From the NCBI RefSeq assembly GCF_032444005.1, contig NC_091284.1, forward strand, positions 197,904,001-197,968,000: a stretch of DNA of 64,000 nucleotides, given 5' to 3'. The notes beneath the pieces are model-generated. The model was not told where the DNA came from and searched no databases. It saw only the letters and a list, made by a program, of their open reading frames with translations. The stretch's first letter is position 1. Each line of letters starts with the position of its first letter. Made by a program: the position numbers and the translations under genes. Shown one piece after another: positions 1-12,562 of this stretch. The DNA is from Ranitomeya imitator. Taxonomy: Eukaryota.

Positions 1-532
1 TTGCCAAATTTACTTTTGTACTGGGGATCTAAGAGTGTGGCAACCCAGTAGTCAACATTACTTCATATTCTGACAATCCGAGGGTCATGTTGCAGCTGTA
101 ATCCGAGGGTCATGTTGCAGGTAGTACAGCAAGAAGGCACTCATGCGTCTTGTGCATCCAGGAAGACCAAGTCATTGTTGTCTTGATGGCGGCGAGGTGA
201 GAATCATGATTCCTTCCTCTGCCCTCTCCCCCCAACCTCGCACAACAGAAATTTGATAAAGGTCTCCCTCATCTGATGAGTCTTCCATGCCCAGCGCCAG
301 TTCGTCCTCCACTTCTTCCTCACCTCCTGCACCTTCCTCAACAGTTTGGCTGCTACCATGCGCCCTCGGTAATCCCTCTCCCCCAGCCTCCAATGCCAGC
401 CACCTTGGTGCTGCCGAACGTCTGGACCTTGGAGATATTATCCCTTCCGCATACGAAGGCTCCTGTTCCTCCTCCTCCCCTTGTTCCACCACCTGACTCC
501 AAATACTGTTTAAGGTGTGCTTCAGTATGTAA

Positions 533-984
533 AGGTACCTTCACACTGAACGATATCGCTAGCGATCCGTGACGTTGCAGCATCCTGGCTAGCGATATCG
601 TTCAGTTTGACACCCAGCAGCGATCAGGATCCTGCTGTGATGTCGTTGGTCGCTGCAGAAAGTCCAGCACTTTATTTCGCTCTGCTTCCTGCAGTGGCTG
701 TGAGCGTCGGCCAGCCGGAAAGCACAGCGGTGACGTCACCGCTGTGCTTTCCGGCCGCTGTGCTCAGTCAGTGCAGGAAGCAGAGCGCCGGGGGACAGAC
801 ACCGGAATGTAAGTAGGTAGTGTTTGTTTTTTTTACTTTTACGATGGTAACCAGGGTAATTACCGGCATAGTTGGTCGCTGGAGAGCTGTCTGTGTGACA
901 GCTCTCCAGCGACCACACAGCGACGCTGCAGCGATCGACATCGTTGTCGGTATCGCTGCAGCGTCGCTGAGTGTGAAGGTACCT
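533..984. mobile_element. PIF/Harbinger-type MITE
   Basis: TIR AGGTACCTTCACACT at both ends, TAA TSD (530-532 and 985-987); same family as 27950..28697. Confidence 0.8.
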
Positions 985-1512
985 TAACTCACCAGAATAG
1001 TCATGCTGATAATGGCATCATCAGCACTAAACATCTTTGTCGCTATTTCAAAACTGTGCAGAATTGTGCATAGGTCCCTGATCTGAGACCACTCCTGTAG
1101 CGAGATTTGCCCCACCTTTGGATCTCGCTGGCCCAGGCTATACGTCATAACGTATTGCACCAGGGCTCGTCGCTGCTGCCACAGTCACTGCAACATGTGC
1201 AGAGTTGAATTCCACTGTGTGGGCACATCGCATTTCAGTTGGTGAACTGGCAGGCCCAATGACTTCTGTAGAGATGCAAGTCGTTGAGCTGCGGGATGCG
1301 AATGGCGGAAGTGAGCACACAGCGACCGTGCCCTCTGCAGACTGCAGAAGCCCATCTAGTTCGGGATAGTTGAATAAAAATTGCTGGACAACCAGGTTCA
1401 AAACGTGAGCCATACAAGGCATGTGTGTGACATTGCCCGGGCGAAGGGCCGCACCCAGGTTGCAGCATTGTCGCACACTGCCTTCCCTGGCTGCAGGTTG
1501 AGTGGAGACAAC

Positions 1513-2333
1513 TGTTGTGAATTCTGTGGCAGAGCTCCCTCCTGTGGTCACAAGTGGTACTTCGGCTGATTCGGTCTATGAGCTTCCGTTGGTGGATGTG
1601 AGTGGTACTGCGGCTTCTGAGTTTCCTTCCTCAGGTGATGTGGTGAAGTCGTTAGGTGCTGCTCTATTTAACTCCACCTAGTGCTTTGCTCCTGGCCTCC
1701 AGTCAATGTTCTAGTATTGGTCTTGCTTCCTCCTGGATCGTTCCTGTGGCCTGTCTGCTCTGCATAAGCTAAGTTTTGCTTGTGTTATTTTTGTTTGCTA
1801 TTTTTTCTGTCCAGCTTGCTTTATTGGTTTTTCTTGCTTGCTGGTAGCTCTGGGACGCAGAGGGAGCACCTCCGTACCGTTAATCGGTGCGGAGGGTCTT
1901 TTTGCCCCCTCTGCGTGGTTGTTTGTAGGGTTTTGTGTTGAACGCAAAGCAATCTTTCCTATCCTCGGTCTGTTCAGTAAGTCGGGCCTCACTTTGCTAA
2001 ATCTATTTCATCTCTGCGTTTGTATTTTCATCTCAACTCACAGTCATTATATGTGGGGGGCTGCCTTTTCCTTTGGGGTATCTCTCTGAGGCAAGGTAGG
2101 CTTATTTTTCTATCTTCAGGGCTAGCTAGTTTCTCAGGCTGTGCTCGAGGCGCATAGGTCTGGTCAGGAGCGCTCCACGGCTACCTCTAGTGTGGTTGGA
2201 TAGGATTAGGGATTGCGGTCAGCAGAGTTCCCATGTCTCAGAGCTCGTCCTATGTTTTTTGGTAATTGTCAGGTCACTTTGTGTGCTCTGAACTTCAATG
2301 TCCATTGTGGTTCTGAATTACCTGTTCATAACA
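1513..2333 (+). mobile_element. solo LTR (821 bp)
   Basis: TG...CA ends, 6-bp TSD GACAAC (1507-1512 and 2334-2339); inverted sister copy at 34566..35371. Strand is relative only. Confidence 0.85.
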
Positions 2334-4159
2334 GACAACCATTGATGGAACTATGTCTTCAGAGCTGACCACAACTCCTCAGCTGTGTGACTCACATTTC
2401 CAAGACATTTGACTGTAAACACCGCCTGATGCCATTGAGCCCTGGTGACAGCACAGTAAGGAGGTGTGGCAGGATTCCTTCTGCGCAGTTAGAACACGGG
2501 TGGCATTACCAGTCAGGCTTTGTGTGCAGGTGGAGGACCGAGGGGAGGTTGAGGAGGCAGAAGCAGTGGAGGAACTTCTAGATACAGAGGATCGACGAGC
2601 AACTCATGGGGATAGCAAGACTTGGACAGCAGCCCCTTCTCCTTATGTCACCATAGTTACCCAGTGCCCAGTCACCGACATGTAACGCCCCTGTCCATGT
2701 CTACTCGTCCAAGTGTCTGTGGTGCAGGCGGAGATGTTATGTTGCCTTGATCAAAATGTGGTGTCGATGTCAGAGAGCGCTCAACACCAGCAAGTGTTTC
2801 CACTAGCAAATGTCCTGACGACCTGCCAATCACACTGGCTGTTGCGGGTAAAGAGGTGGAAGGTCTGCGACCAAAACCATGTGCGACTGCTGTCCCCACA
2901 GTCACAGAGGATGAAGAGGATGCGGATGCACTTGATGGGGCAGACAGTGGTTGACTAGGCCGCATTGTAGCACAGTGAGCTTCCCACTGCAACTTATGCC
3001 TCATATCCATGTGACAGTTCATGCATGAAGTACTCAAGCTAGTCATTTTTTGGCCTCTACTGAGATTTTGGTGACAAATCTTACAGACAAAATGAGTTGG
3101 GTCATCCTTTGCGATGTCAAAAAATGCCCAGGCTATGCAAGGCTTAGAGCCCGTTCGACCTGAAGAGCCACCATGACTTCTGCTCAGTGGCACAGTTGGA
3201 GTTGAGGATGCAGTTGTTGGACGTGCTTCCAGTACTCCTTCTCTGTCCAGGAAGGTGCAACCTAACCTCGTCATCAGACTCATCACTAGCATCCTCCTCC
3301 ACCTCCTCTGCTGACCTCATGGACTGGCGTACTGTGGGTTGACAGTAAGTGGGGTCTCCAACCTCGTCATCATCATCCTGTGTGTTCTCACACCCATTGT
3401 CCTCTGATCCAACCTCTTCCTGCCCTGACCGAAAGTTTTCGTTTCAATCAGGTATCTGTCTCATCATCATCTTCCTCATTGTCTCCACCAACAGGAGTTA
3501 CAGTACAGAACCTTCTTCATCTGGGCCTGGATCCGACTCACAAAGATTCTGGGCGTCAGTGCAGATTATTTCCTTATCTGGATTCACAGAAGCTCTGGAG
3601 CAGACCACTGATTCCCAGGCTACTGTATGAGTAAACAGCTCTGCAGACTCAACCATCTGTGTTACCCCATGCTCAGACGGGCGGCTGGAGACTTGGGAGC
3701 TGTGAGGAAGCAAGTGCGATTGGGGTGACAACTCTGAGGACTGGAGTAGTTGTGATGTTGAAGTTGACATCGAGAAGAACCCACTTGAACGAGCACTTGA
3801 TATCCGTTCAAGCACCTGCTGTTTTTGTGCCTCATCTGAAATTTTTGACGATGCTTGTAGCGATGGTCGTAAGAAAGGGATCATATCATATTGTCCACGA
3901 AAAGAAGTAGACATCTTACTTTGGCTGGAAGATGGTCTTTCTTCTGCAGATGTTACTGTTGCTTTACCACCTACCCCACGGACACAACCTTTTTTTTTTT
4001 TCCCTTTCCATCATGCCTATTCCCCTTTCCACCAGCAGCAGGCCTTTTGCCACTCATTTTGGTGCTTAAATAATTGGCAACTCTGTATCTGTAGTTGTTG
4101 GCACAAAAACCGATGGGTGAAAACCGAGCAGAACCGGATGGCCAAACTGTGGTACTAGG

Positions 4160-4370
4160 CCCATATGGATTTACTGGGTTAGATGCAGTAAAAATTTAGA
4201 TACACAGGCGGTGTAGCTAGCTTCACAGGCGGGCTACTCCGCTGATGTGCAGACACTGCTACTAAGCCCAAAATGATTTACTGGGTTAGATGCAGTAAAT
4301 ATTTAGATATACAGGCGGTGTAGCTAGCTTCACAGGCGGGCTACTCAGATGACTATCAGACAATGCTACT
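4160..4370. repeat. ~108-bp tandem duplication inside the hAT element
   Basis: gatttactgggttagatgcagtaaa...gtagctagcttcacaggcgggctactc present twice. Confidence 0.7.
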
Positions 4371-4793
4371 AGCCCAAAAGGATTGGCTGAGCTAGGTTAC
4401 ACCAAATGCTGTGACAAACACTTGCACGGCACTGGCACAGACCTGCGTGGCAAAAAGTGCTAGGAACTGCTGTAACCTACCCTGAAAAGGGCTGATATTA
4501 CAACTAGTCCAGCCTCCCGTCTCCCTAAACCTATTTCTCTGAAAATTCGCTCCCAAAATAAGACTCTTAGGCTGCCGTCACACTCAGCGTATGAAAATAC
4601 GGTCCGTATATTACGGCCGTAATTCGCTGATAATTCCCCAAAATTGTGGTCCGTAGCTCCTCCTTAGGCAGGGTGTGTCAGCGTTTTTTGCGCATGGCAT
4701 CCTCCGTATGTAATCCGTATGGCATCCGTACTGCGTGTTTTTATCGCAGGCTTGCAAAACCGACATACGGCTATACAAGGGATCCATGTGTAA

Positions 4794-5219
4794 ANNNNNN
4801 NNNNNNNNNNNNNNNNNNNNNNNNNNNNNNNNNNNNNNNNNNNNNNNNNNNNNNNNNNNNNNNNNNNNNNNNNNNNNNNNNNNNNNNNNNNNNNNNNNNN
4901 NNNNNNNNNNNNNNNNNNNNNNNNNNNNNNNNNNNNNNNNNNNNNNNNNNNNNNNNNNNNNNNNNNNNNNNNNNNNNNNNNNNNNNNNNNNNNNNNNNNN
5001 NNNNNNNNNNNNNNNNNNNNNNNNNNNNNNNNNNNNNNNNNNNNNNNNNNNNNNNNNNNNNNNNNNNNNNNNNNNNNNNNNNNNNNNNNNNNNNNNNNNN
5101 NNNNNNNNNNNNNNNNNNNNNNNNNNNNNNNNNNNNNNNNNNNNNNNNNNNNNNNNNNNNNNNNNNNNNNNNNNNNNNNNNNNNNNNNNNNNNNNNNNNN
5201 NNNNNNNNNNNNNNNNNNN
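4794..5219. other. assembly gap
   Basis: run of N. Confidence 1.
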
Positions 5220-6788
5220 ATTTAGTCAGTCAGCAATAGTGCAAGTTCCACCACTTAAAAAGATGAGAGGCGTCTGTAATTTACATCATAGGTAGACCTC
5301 AACTATGGGAGACAAACTGAGAAAAAAAAATCCAGAAAATCACATTGTCTGTTTTTTTAACATTTTATTTGCATATTATGGTGGAAAATAAGTATTTAGT
5401 CAGAAACAAAATTTCATCTCAATACTTTGTAATATATCCTTTGTTGGCAATGACAGAGGTCAAACGTTTTCTGTAAGTCTTCACAAGGTTGCCACACACT
5501 GTTGTTGGTATGTTGGCCCATTCCTCCATGCAGATCTCCTCTAGAGCAGTGATGTTTTTGGCTTTTCGCTTGGCAACACGGACTTTCAACTCCCTCCAAA
5601 GGTTTTCTATAGGGTTGAGATCTGGAGACTGGCTACGCCACTCCAGGACCTTGAAATGCTTCTTACGAAGCCACTCCTTCGTTGCCCTGGCGGTGTGCTT
5701 TGGATCATTGTCATGTTGAAAGACCCAGCCACGTTTCATCTTCAATGCCCTTGCTGATGGAAGGAGGTTTGCACTCAAAATCTCACGATACATGGCCCCA
5801 TTCATTCTTTCATGTACCCGGATCAGTCGTCCTGGCCCCTTTGCAGAGAAACAGCCCCAAAGCATGATGTTTCCACCACCATGCTTTACAGTAGATATGG
5901 TGTTTGATGGATGCAACTCAGTATTCTTTTTCCTCCAAACACGACAAGTTGTGTTTCTACCAAACAGTTCCAGTTTGGTTTCATCAGACCATAGGACATT
6001 CTCCCAAAACTCCTCTGGATCATCCAAATGCTCTCTAGCAAACTTCAGACGGGCCCGGACATGTACTGGCTTAAGCAGTGGGACACGTCTGGCACTGCAG
6101 GATCTGAGTCCATGGTGGCGTAGTGTGTTACTTATGGTAGGCCTTGTTACATTGGTCCCAGCTCTCTGCAGTTCATTCACTAGGTCCCCCCGTGTGGTTC
6201 CGGGATTTTTGCTCACCGTTCTTGTGATCATTCTGACCCCACGGGGTGGGATTTTGCGTGGAGCCCCAGATCGAGGGAGATTATCAGTGGTCTTGTATGT
6301 CTTCCATTTTCTAATTATTGCTCCCACTGTTGATTTCTTCACTCCAAGCTGGTTGGCTATTGCAGATTCAGTCTTCCCAGCCTGGTGCAGGGCTACAATT
6401 TTGTTTCTGGTGTCCTTTGACAGCTCTTTGGTCTTCACCATAGTGGAGTTTGGAGTCAGACTGTTTGAGGGTGTGCACAGGTGTCTTTTTATACTGATAA
6501 CAAGTTTAAACAGGTGCCATTACTACAGGTAATGAGTGGAGGAAAGAGGAGACTCTTAAAGAAGAAGTTACAGGTCTGTGAGAGCCAGAAATCTTGATTT
6601 TGTTTCTGACCAAATACTTATTTTCCACCATAATATGCAAATAAATTGTTAAAAAACAGACAATGTGATTTTCTGGATTTTTTTTTCTCAGTTTGTCTCC
6701 CATAGTTGAGGTCTACATATGATGTAAATTACAGACGCCTCTCATCTTTTTAAGTGGTGGAACTTGCACTATTGCTGACTGACTAAAT
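5220..6788 (-). mobile_element. Tc1/mariner transposon, copy 1 (outermost TIR bases lost in gaps)
   Basis: ~200-bp inverted terminal repeats flanking the transposase ORF. Confidence 0.95.
5419..6441 (-). CDS. Tc1 transposase, 340 aa, open ORF (paired-like HTH plus DD34E)
   Basis: [26 protein letters not shown] motifs; carries WRSQSPDL (usually WP) and NTISTVKH (copy 2 has P). Confidence 0.95.
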   Translation of the reverse strand: MVKTKELSKDTRNKIVALHQAGKTESAIANQLGVKKSTVGAIIRKWKTYKTTDNLPRSGAPRKIPPRGVRMITRTVSKNPGTTRGDLVNELQRAGTNVTRPTISNTLRHHGLRSCSARRVPLLKPVHVRARLKFAREHLDDPEEFWENVLWSDETKLELFGRNTTCRVWRKKNTELHPSNTISTVKHGGGNIMLWGCFSAKGPGRLIRVHERMNGAMYREILSANLLPSARALKMKRGWVFQHDNDPKHTARATKEWLRKKHFKVLEWRSQSPDLNPIENLWRELKVRVAKRKAKNITALEEICMEEWANIPTTVCGNLVKTYRKRLTSVIANKGYITKY

Positions 6789-6983
6789 NNNNNNNNNNNN
6801 NNNNNNNNNNNNNNNNNNNNNNNNNNNNNNNNNNNNNNNNNNNNNNNNNNNNNNNNNNNNNNNNNNNNNNNNNNNNNNNNNNNNNNNNNNNNNNNNNNNN
6901 NNNNNNNNNNNNNNNNNNNNNNNNNNNNNNNNNNNNNNNNNNNNNNNNNNNNNNNNNNNNNNNNNNNNNNNNNNNNNNNNNNN
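6789..6983. other. assembly gap
   Basis: run of N. Confidence 1.
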
Positions 6984-7718
6984 CCAGGTGGCGAGCATTT
7001 ATATTGGTATATGGTCTCCATCCTGGTATGTGCTGCTCCATCCTGCATCCCCATCCTGTCATGTGCTGCTCCCATCCTGCGCCCGTTCTGTCATGTGCTG
7101 CTGCCATCCTGCGCCCGTTCTGTCATGTGCTGCTGCCATCCTGCCCCCGTTCTGTCATGTGCTGCTCCCATCCTGCGCCACCATTGTATTATATGCCCCC
7201 CATAAGACGCTCCAGTGTGTATGCCCCCGTATGCTGCTGCCATATAAAAAAATAAAAAAAATACCATACTCACCTATCGTCCGGCTCCACTGCAGGTGTG
7301 TCTTCAAGAAAATGGCGTCGGAAAGCGCGGACTGCGCAGGCGCCGATTGCGGCAGCAGGAATCGGCGCCTGCGCAGTCCGCGCTTTCCGGCGCCATTTTC
7401 TTGAAGACACACTCTGGCTCCTGTGACTGGTAAGTCAGAGGGCGGCGCCGGCGCGCATTAAGCGCGTCATCGCGCCCTCTGAACGGTCAGAGCAGAGGAG
7501 CCGGGAGACGGAGCCGCACGCAGCGCTGGAACGGGGAAAGGTGAATACTTACCCTCCTGGCGGTCCCTGACTCTCCGGTGGAGATCGCGGTATGTGTTCA
7601 GTGCTTACGCATACCGCGATCTCCTGGGAGCGTCACTCTGTGGGGGCCAGATTGCGCCGGCGCTTGCGCCTGTGCAGTCTATAAAGGCTTCGGACAGAGT
7701 GACGCTCCCAGCGTTATA

Positions 7719-9497
7719 TTATAGATATATATAATGTCAGTAGACACATATATGTATATATATTACTTCATACAGCGCTAGATAGCTCCTTCCTAAACCC
7801 GACATGATATGAGACATGGTTTACATACAGTAAACCATCTCATATCCCCATTTTTGTTGCATATTCCACACTACTAATGTTAGTAGTGTGTATATGCAAA
7901 ATTTCGCCTTTCTAACTATTAAATTAAAGGGTTAAATGGCGGAAAAAATTGGTGTGGGCTCCCGCACAATTTTCTCCGCCAGAGTAGTAAAGCCAGTGAC
8001 TGAGGGCAGATATTAATAGCCTGGAGAGGGTCCATGGTTATTGGCCCCCCCTGGCTAAAAACACCTGCCCCCAGCCACCCCAGAAAAGGCACATCTGGAA
8101 GATGCACCTATTCTGGCACTTGGCCACTCTCTTCCCATTCCCGTGTAGCGGTGGGATATGGGGTAAAGATGGGTTAATGCCACCTTGCTATTGTAAGGTG
8201 ACATTAAGCCAAATTAATAGTGGAGAGGCGTCAATTATGACACCTATCCATTATTAATTCAATACTAGTAAAGGGTTCAAAAAAACACAAACACATTATT
8301 AAAAATTATTTTAATGAAAAAAATCACAAAGGTTGTTGTAATAATTTATTCTACGCTCAATCCACTCACTGAAGACCCTCGATCTGTAACTAAAAAAATA
8401 AATAAACCAACAATATCCATACCTTCTGAAGATCTGTAACGTCCAACGATGTAAATCCATCTGAAGGGGTTAAAATATTTTGCAGCCACGAGCTCCGCTA
8501 ATGCAGCTGCTCCTGGCTGCAAAACCCCGGAGAATGAAGGTAAAGTAGGTCAATGACAACCAGCAGAGGGCGCCCTCTTATGATCTCGAGCCTGGGAGCT
8601 TTCTAGGAAAGTTCCCACGATCTAGGGACAGCCAGCAGAGGGCTCCTCACCGCAAATGAAGGTAAATATAGGTCATTGACCTACTTTATCTTCATTCTCC
8701 GGGGTTTTGCAGCCAGGAACAGCTGCATTAGCGGAGCTCCTTGCTGCAAAATATTTTAACCCCTTCAGATGGATTTACATCGTTGGACGTTACAGATCTT
8801 TGGAAGGTATGGATATTGTTGGTTTATTTTTTTTTTAGTTACAGATCGAGGGTCTTCAGTGAGTGGATTGAGCGTAGAATAAATTATTACAACAACCTTT
8901 GTGATTTTTTTCATTAAAATAATTTTTAATAATGTGTTTGTTTTTTTTTTTTAACCCTTTACTAGTTTTGAATTAATAATGGATAGGTGTCATAATTGAC
9001 GCCTCTCCATTATTAATTTGGCTTAATGTCACCTTACAATAGCAAGGTGGCATTAACCCTTCATTACCCCATATCCCACCGCTACACGGGAATGGGAAGA
9101 GAGTGGCCAAGTGCCAGAATAGGTGCATCTTCCAGATGTGCCTTTTCTGGGGTGGCTGGGGGCAGGTGTTTTTAGCCGGGGGGGAGCCAATAACCATGGA
9201 CCCTCTCCAGGCTATTAATATCTGCCCTCAGTCACTGGCTGTACTACTCTGGCGGAGAAAATTGTGCGGGAGCCCACGCCAATTTTTTCCGCCATTTAAC
9301 CCTTTAATTTAATAGCTAGAACGGCCAAATTTTGCATATACACACTACTAACATTAGTAGTGTGGAATATGGAAAAAAAAATGGTGATATGAGATGGTAA
9401 TTGAATTACCGGCTTTAAATCTATCTAGCGCTGTATAAAATAATAATATATATACATATGTGTCTCAATGAGATATATATATATATATATATCTATA
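7719..9497. repeat. long foldback inverted repeat (arms ~7719-8557 and 8672-9497, 114-nt loop)
   Basis: 7825-8557 is a near-exact reverse complement of 8672-9398; the outer 60 bp also pair. Confidence 0.95.
8560..8646 (+). promoter_or_regulatory. two tandem CTCF-like core motifs in the foldback loop
   Basis: CCAGCAGAGGGCGC (8560-8573, fits CCASYAGRKGGCRS) and CCAGCAGAGGGCTC (8632-8645, one mismatch). Confidence 0.4.
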
Positions 9498-9548
9498 TCT
9501 ATTTACTATATAAAGCTGTATGTGTATGTCCGGGATTGGCATCTGCAC

Positions 9549-9880
9549 CGTCGCAGCTACAGCCACAAAATTTTGCACAGTCACACGTCTGGACCCCGAG
9601 AGCGTCATAGGCTATATTGTGAGGCGAAATTTTAACCCCGCGCGTTCCAATTCACCAAACAATTTTGCCCCTATCTACATAATGGGGAAAAAAGTGAAAG
9701 GAATAGTGTTGGAGGCGTCGCAGCTACAGCCACAAAATTTTGCACAGTCACACGTCTGGACCCTGAGAGCATCATAGGCTATGTTGTGAGGTGAAATTTT
9801 AACTCCGCGCCTTCCAATTCACCAAACTATTTTTCCCCTATCTACATAATGGGGAAAAGTGAAAGGAAAAGTGTTGGAGG
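9549..9880. repeat. ~168-bp direct tandem duplication within the Helitron
   Basis: cgtcgcagctacagccacaaaattttgcac...gtgttggagg twice. Confidence 0.85.
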
Positions 9881-10799
9881 CAAATTGACAGCTGCCAGAT
9901 GTGAACAAGGGGGACTTAAAGAATGAGAGCGATGGCGCCAAAGAGTATATACCGTACAGTTGCTAAGGTGGGACCCCGACATGAGATACTCACCACATAC
10001 GGGGATATGAACACACACACAAAATGCGCCACACACTACCACGTGCTTGAACACATATACCACCCTCAGCACACATTTCACCACACATACACCAACCTCG
10101 CCACATAAAAGTCGAAACACAAAAGTCGCCGCTCAAAACTCGCCACGCGCAAAACTCGCCACATGCAAAAAATAGGCTCACGCAAAACTCGCCACAAGTG
10201 CAAAACTCACCTCATGGAAAACTCGCCACACGCAAAACTTGCACATGCGGAAAAATTGCCACATGCACAAAATTTGCAACACATGCAAAAGTTGCCTCAC
10301 ACAAAACTTGCACATACTCAAAAGGCACCAGACATAAAACTCACCATGCGCAAATCTCGCCATGCGCAAAACTTGCTTCACACAACTTGCTACACTAACC
10401 TGTCACATGCAACTCGACACACAAAAAGTTGCTACACGCATGTTGCCACACAAAACTCATCTCACAAAAGTCGCTACATGCATGTCGCCACACACAACTC
10501 AACACACAACTTGACAAACGAAACTCGCCCTAAAACACACACAAGTCTGGTATTAGCCTTCAAAAATAAAAATCTGATTAATAAGCAGACAAACTACAAG
10601 AGCAACAAATGTACCATATAGGAAATACGGCAGCTGTCAGTCACATGACCTGTCAATTATGTGTATGTGTGAGCTAATATATACTGCCAGGGGGAGGGCT
10701 TCCTGTTGGCTGGGGATTTATCAGGCTGCCAATTTATCTTACAAATACTGAGCTAATAATACTGAGCAAATAACGTGTTAACGAGGTCTAATACAGGAG

Positions 10800-11405
10800 A
10801 TCACACAGGTATATACTATATACAGGGGAGATGACACACAGATATATACTATATACAGGAGAGATGACACACAGGTATATACTATAGAAAGGAGGAGATG
10901 ACATACAGGTACATACTATATACAGGAGGAGATGACATACAGGTATATATTATATACAGGAGCAGATTACCTACAGGTATATACTATATACAGGAGGAGA
11001 TGACATACAGGTATATGCTATATATAGAAGATGACATACAGGTATATACTATATACAGGAGGAGATGACACACAGATATATACTATATACAGGAGGAGAT
11101 GACACACAGATATATACTATATACAGGAGGAGATGACATACAGGTATATACTATATATAGGAGGAGATGACATACAGGTATATACTATATATAGGAGAGG
11201 ACATACAGGTATATACTATATATAGGAGATGACATACAGGTATATACTATATACAGGGGAGATGACATACAGGTATATACTATATACAGGGGAGATGACA
11301 CACAGCAGGTATATACTATATACAGGGGAGATGACATACAGGTATATACTATATACAGGAGATGACATACAGGTGTATACTATATATAAGGGAGATGACA
11401 TACAT
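10800..11405. repeat. ~30-bp minisatellite (ggagatgacatacaggtatatactatataca)n, flanked by ~18-bp (10120-10530) and ~20-bp (11420-11615) arrays
   Basis: direct inspection. Confidence 0.9.
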
Positions 11406-12562
11406 GTATATACTGAGGTGAAAATGAGAGGTGTGAGGTGAAAATAGTGTAGTGATCGGAAAATGACAGATGTGAGGTCGAAATGACAAGTGTTAGGCGG
11501 GAATGAGAGGAGTGAGGGAGAAAATGAGAGGTATGAGGGAGAAAATGAGAGATGTGAGGTGGAAAATTAAAGATGTGATTGGGAAAATGAGAGGCGTGAT
11601 GGGAAAATAAGAGAAGTGACGTGCTATAACTAACCACAGATATTTACTATGCCCAGGCAACGCCGGGCTCTTCAGCTAGTATTATATATATATACCTATT
11701 CTATGTGTACACATTTATTCTACCTATTCTACTGTAAGCTGTCAGTGTGATTTTACTGTACACCGCACTGAATTACCGGCTTTTCTCTCTAACAGCGCTG
11801 CGTATTCCTCGCAAGTCACACTGCTGGTCCGTGTGTAATCCGTATTTTTGGGGCTTCCATAGACTTTCATTGGCGTTTTATTTGCGCAATACGGTGACAA
11901 ACGCAGCATGCTGCGATTTTCTACGGCCGTAGAAAGCCGTATAATACTGATCAGTAAAATACGGCAGATAGGAGCAGGGGCATAGAGAATCATTGTGCCG
12001 TATGTTATGCGAGTTTTACGGACGTAGTTTCTGCGCTCTTACGTCCGTAAAACTCGCAAGTGTGACGGCGGCCTTAGTCTGTATAACGCCCACAGCAGCA
12101 GCGGTGCCGTCTAACACTAAGCTGCAGCAGTGAGGAAATGGTGGCGACGGGGCAAATGGCTGGTTCTTATAGGGCAAGGACATATGACATACACAGCCAA
12201 TGACACATGCCCTTGCTTGTGTGCATCACATGCACATTGCTGTGTGTGCGCACTGCTGATGGGCTGAGAGACTGCACCACCCCACTGTAAATGCGGGAAA
12301 GAAAAAAAAATGGAGATCAGCGTTATTTCAGCACAGATCTATCCCCCGCCCACTATACACTGAAACAGTCTATTAACCATGATAAACTGTTTTAATGTGC
12401 AAATCAAGTTAGGCTTTTGGTGAACGAACAGTTATCGAACAGAAACTCAAACAGCCGAATTTTAAGCAAATTGTTCGAGTTCAACGAACGACTCGAACAC
12501 CACCCAAAACAGCTCGAATTTGAAATTGGCAAACAGTTCGACTCGAACACCGCTCATCTCTA

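Larger units (their letters stand above)
9498..11679 (+). mobile_element. non-autonomous Helitron with internal minisatellites
   Basis: 5' TC...actatataaag; 3' hairpin GCCCAGGCAACGCCGGGC followed by CTAG|T; inserted between A and T. Confidence 0.85.
4570..12073. mobile_element. PIF/Harbinger-type non-autonomous element expanded to 7.5 kb by nested insertions
   Basis: TIR GGCTGCCGTCACACT / GGCCGCCGTCACACT (14/15), TTA TSD at 4567-4569 and 12074-12076. Confidence 0.75.
1..12562 (-). mobile_element. hAT DNA transposon (BED-finger transposase, disrupted, heavily nested; 3' end outside the window)
   Basis: 5' terminus TAGAGATGAGCG at 12562 on the - strand. Transposase remnants: BED finger (WAFF...VCKIC...LSRG...MNCHMDMRH, ~2990-3130) and catalytic CMAHVLNLVV (~1390-1425). 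The sequence rejoins cleanly across the insertions. Confidence 0.8.

Noticed and set aside
5792-6532. 246-aa ORF antisense to the Tc1 transposase (also 52424..53164)
   Set aside because: Shadow ORF on the opposite strand of the transposase; no motif, and it recurs only because the element is duplicated.
10800-11405. Regularly spaced ~30-bp repeats resembling a CRISPR array
   Set aside because: Units are contiguous with no unique spacers, there are no cas genes, and the context is eukaryotic and inside a Helitron.
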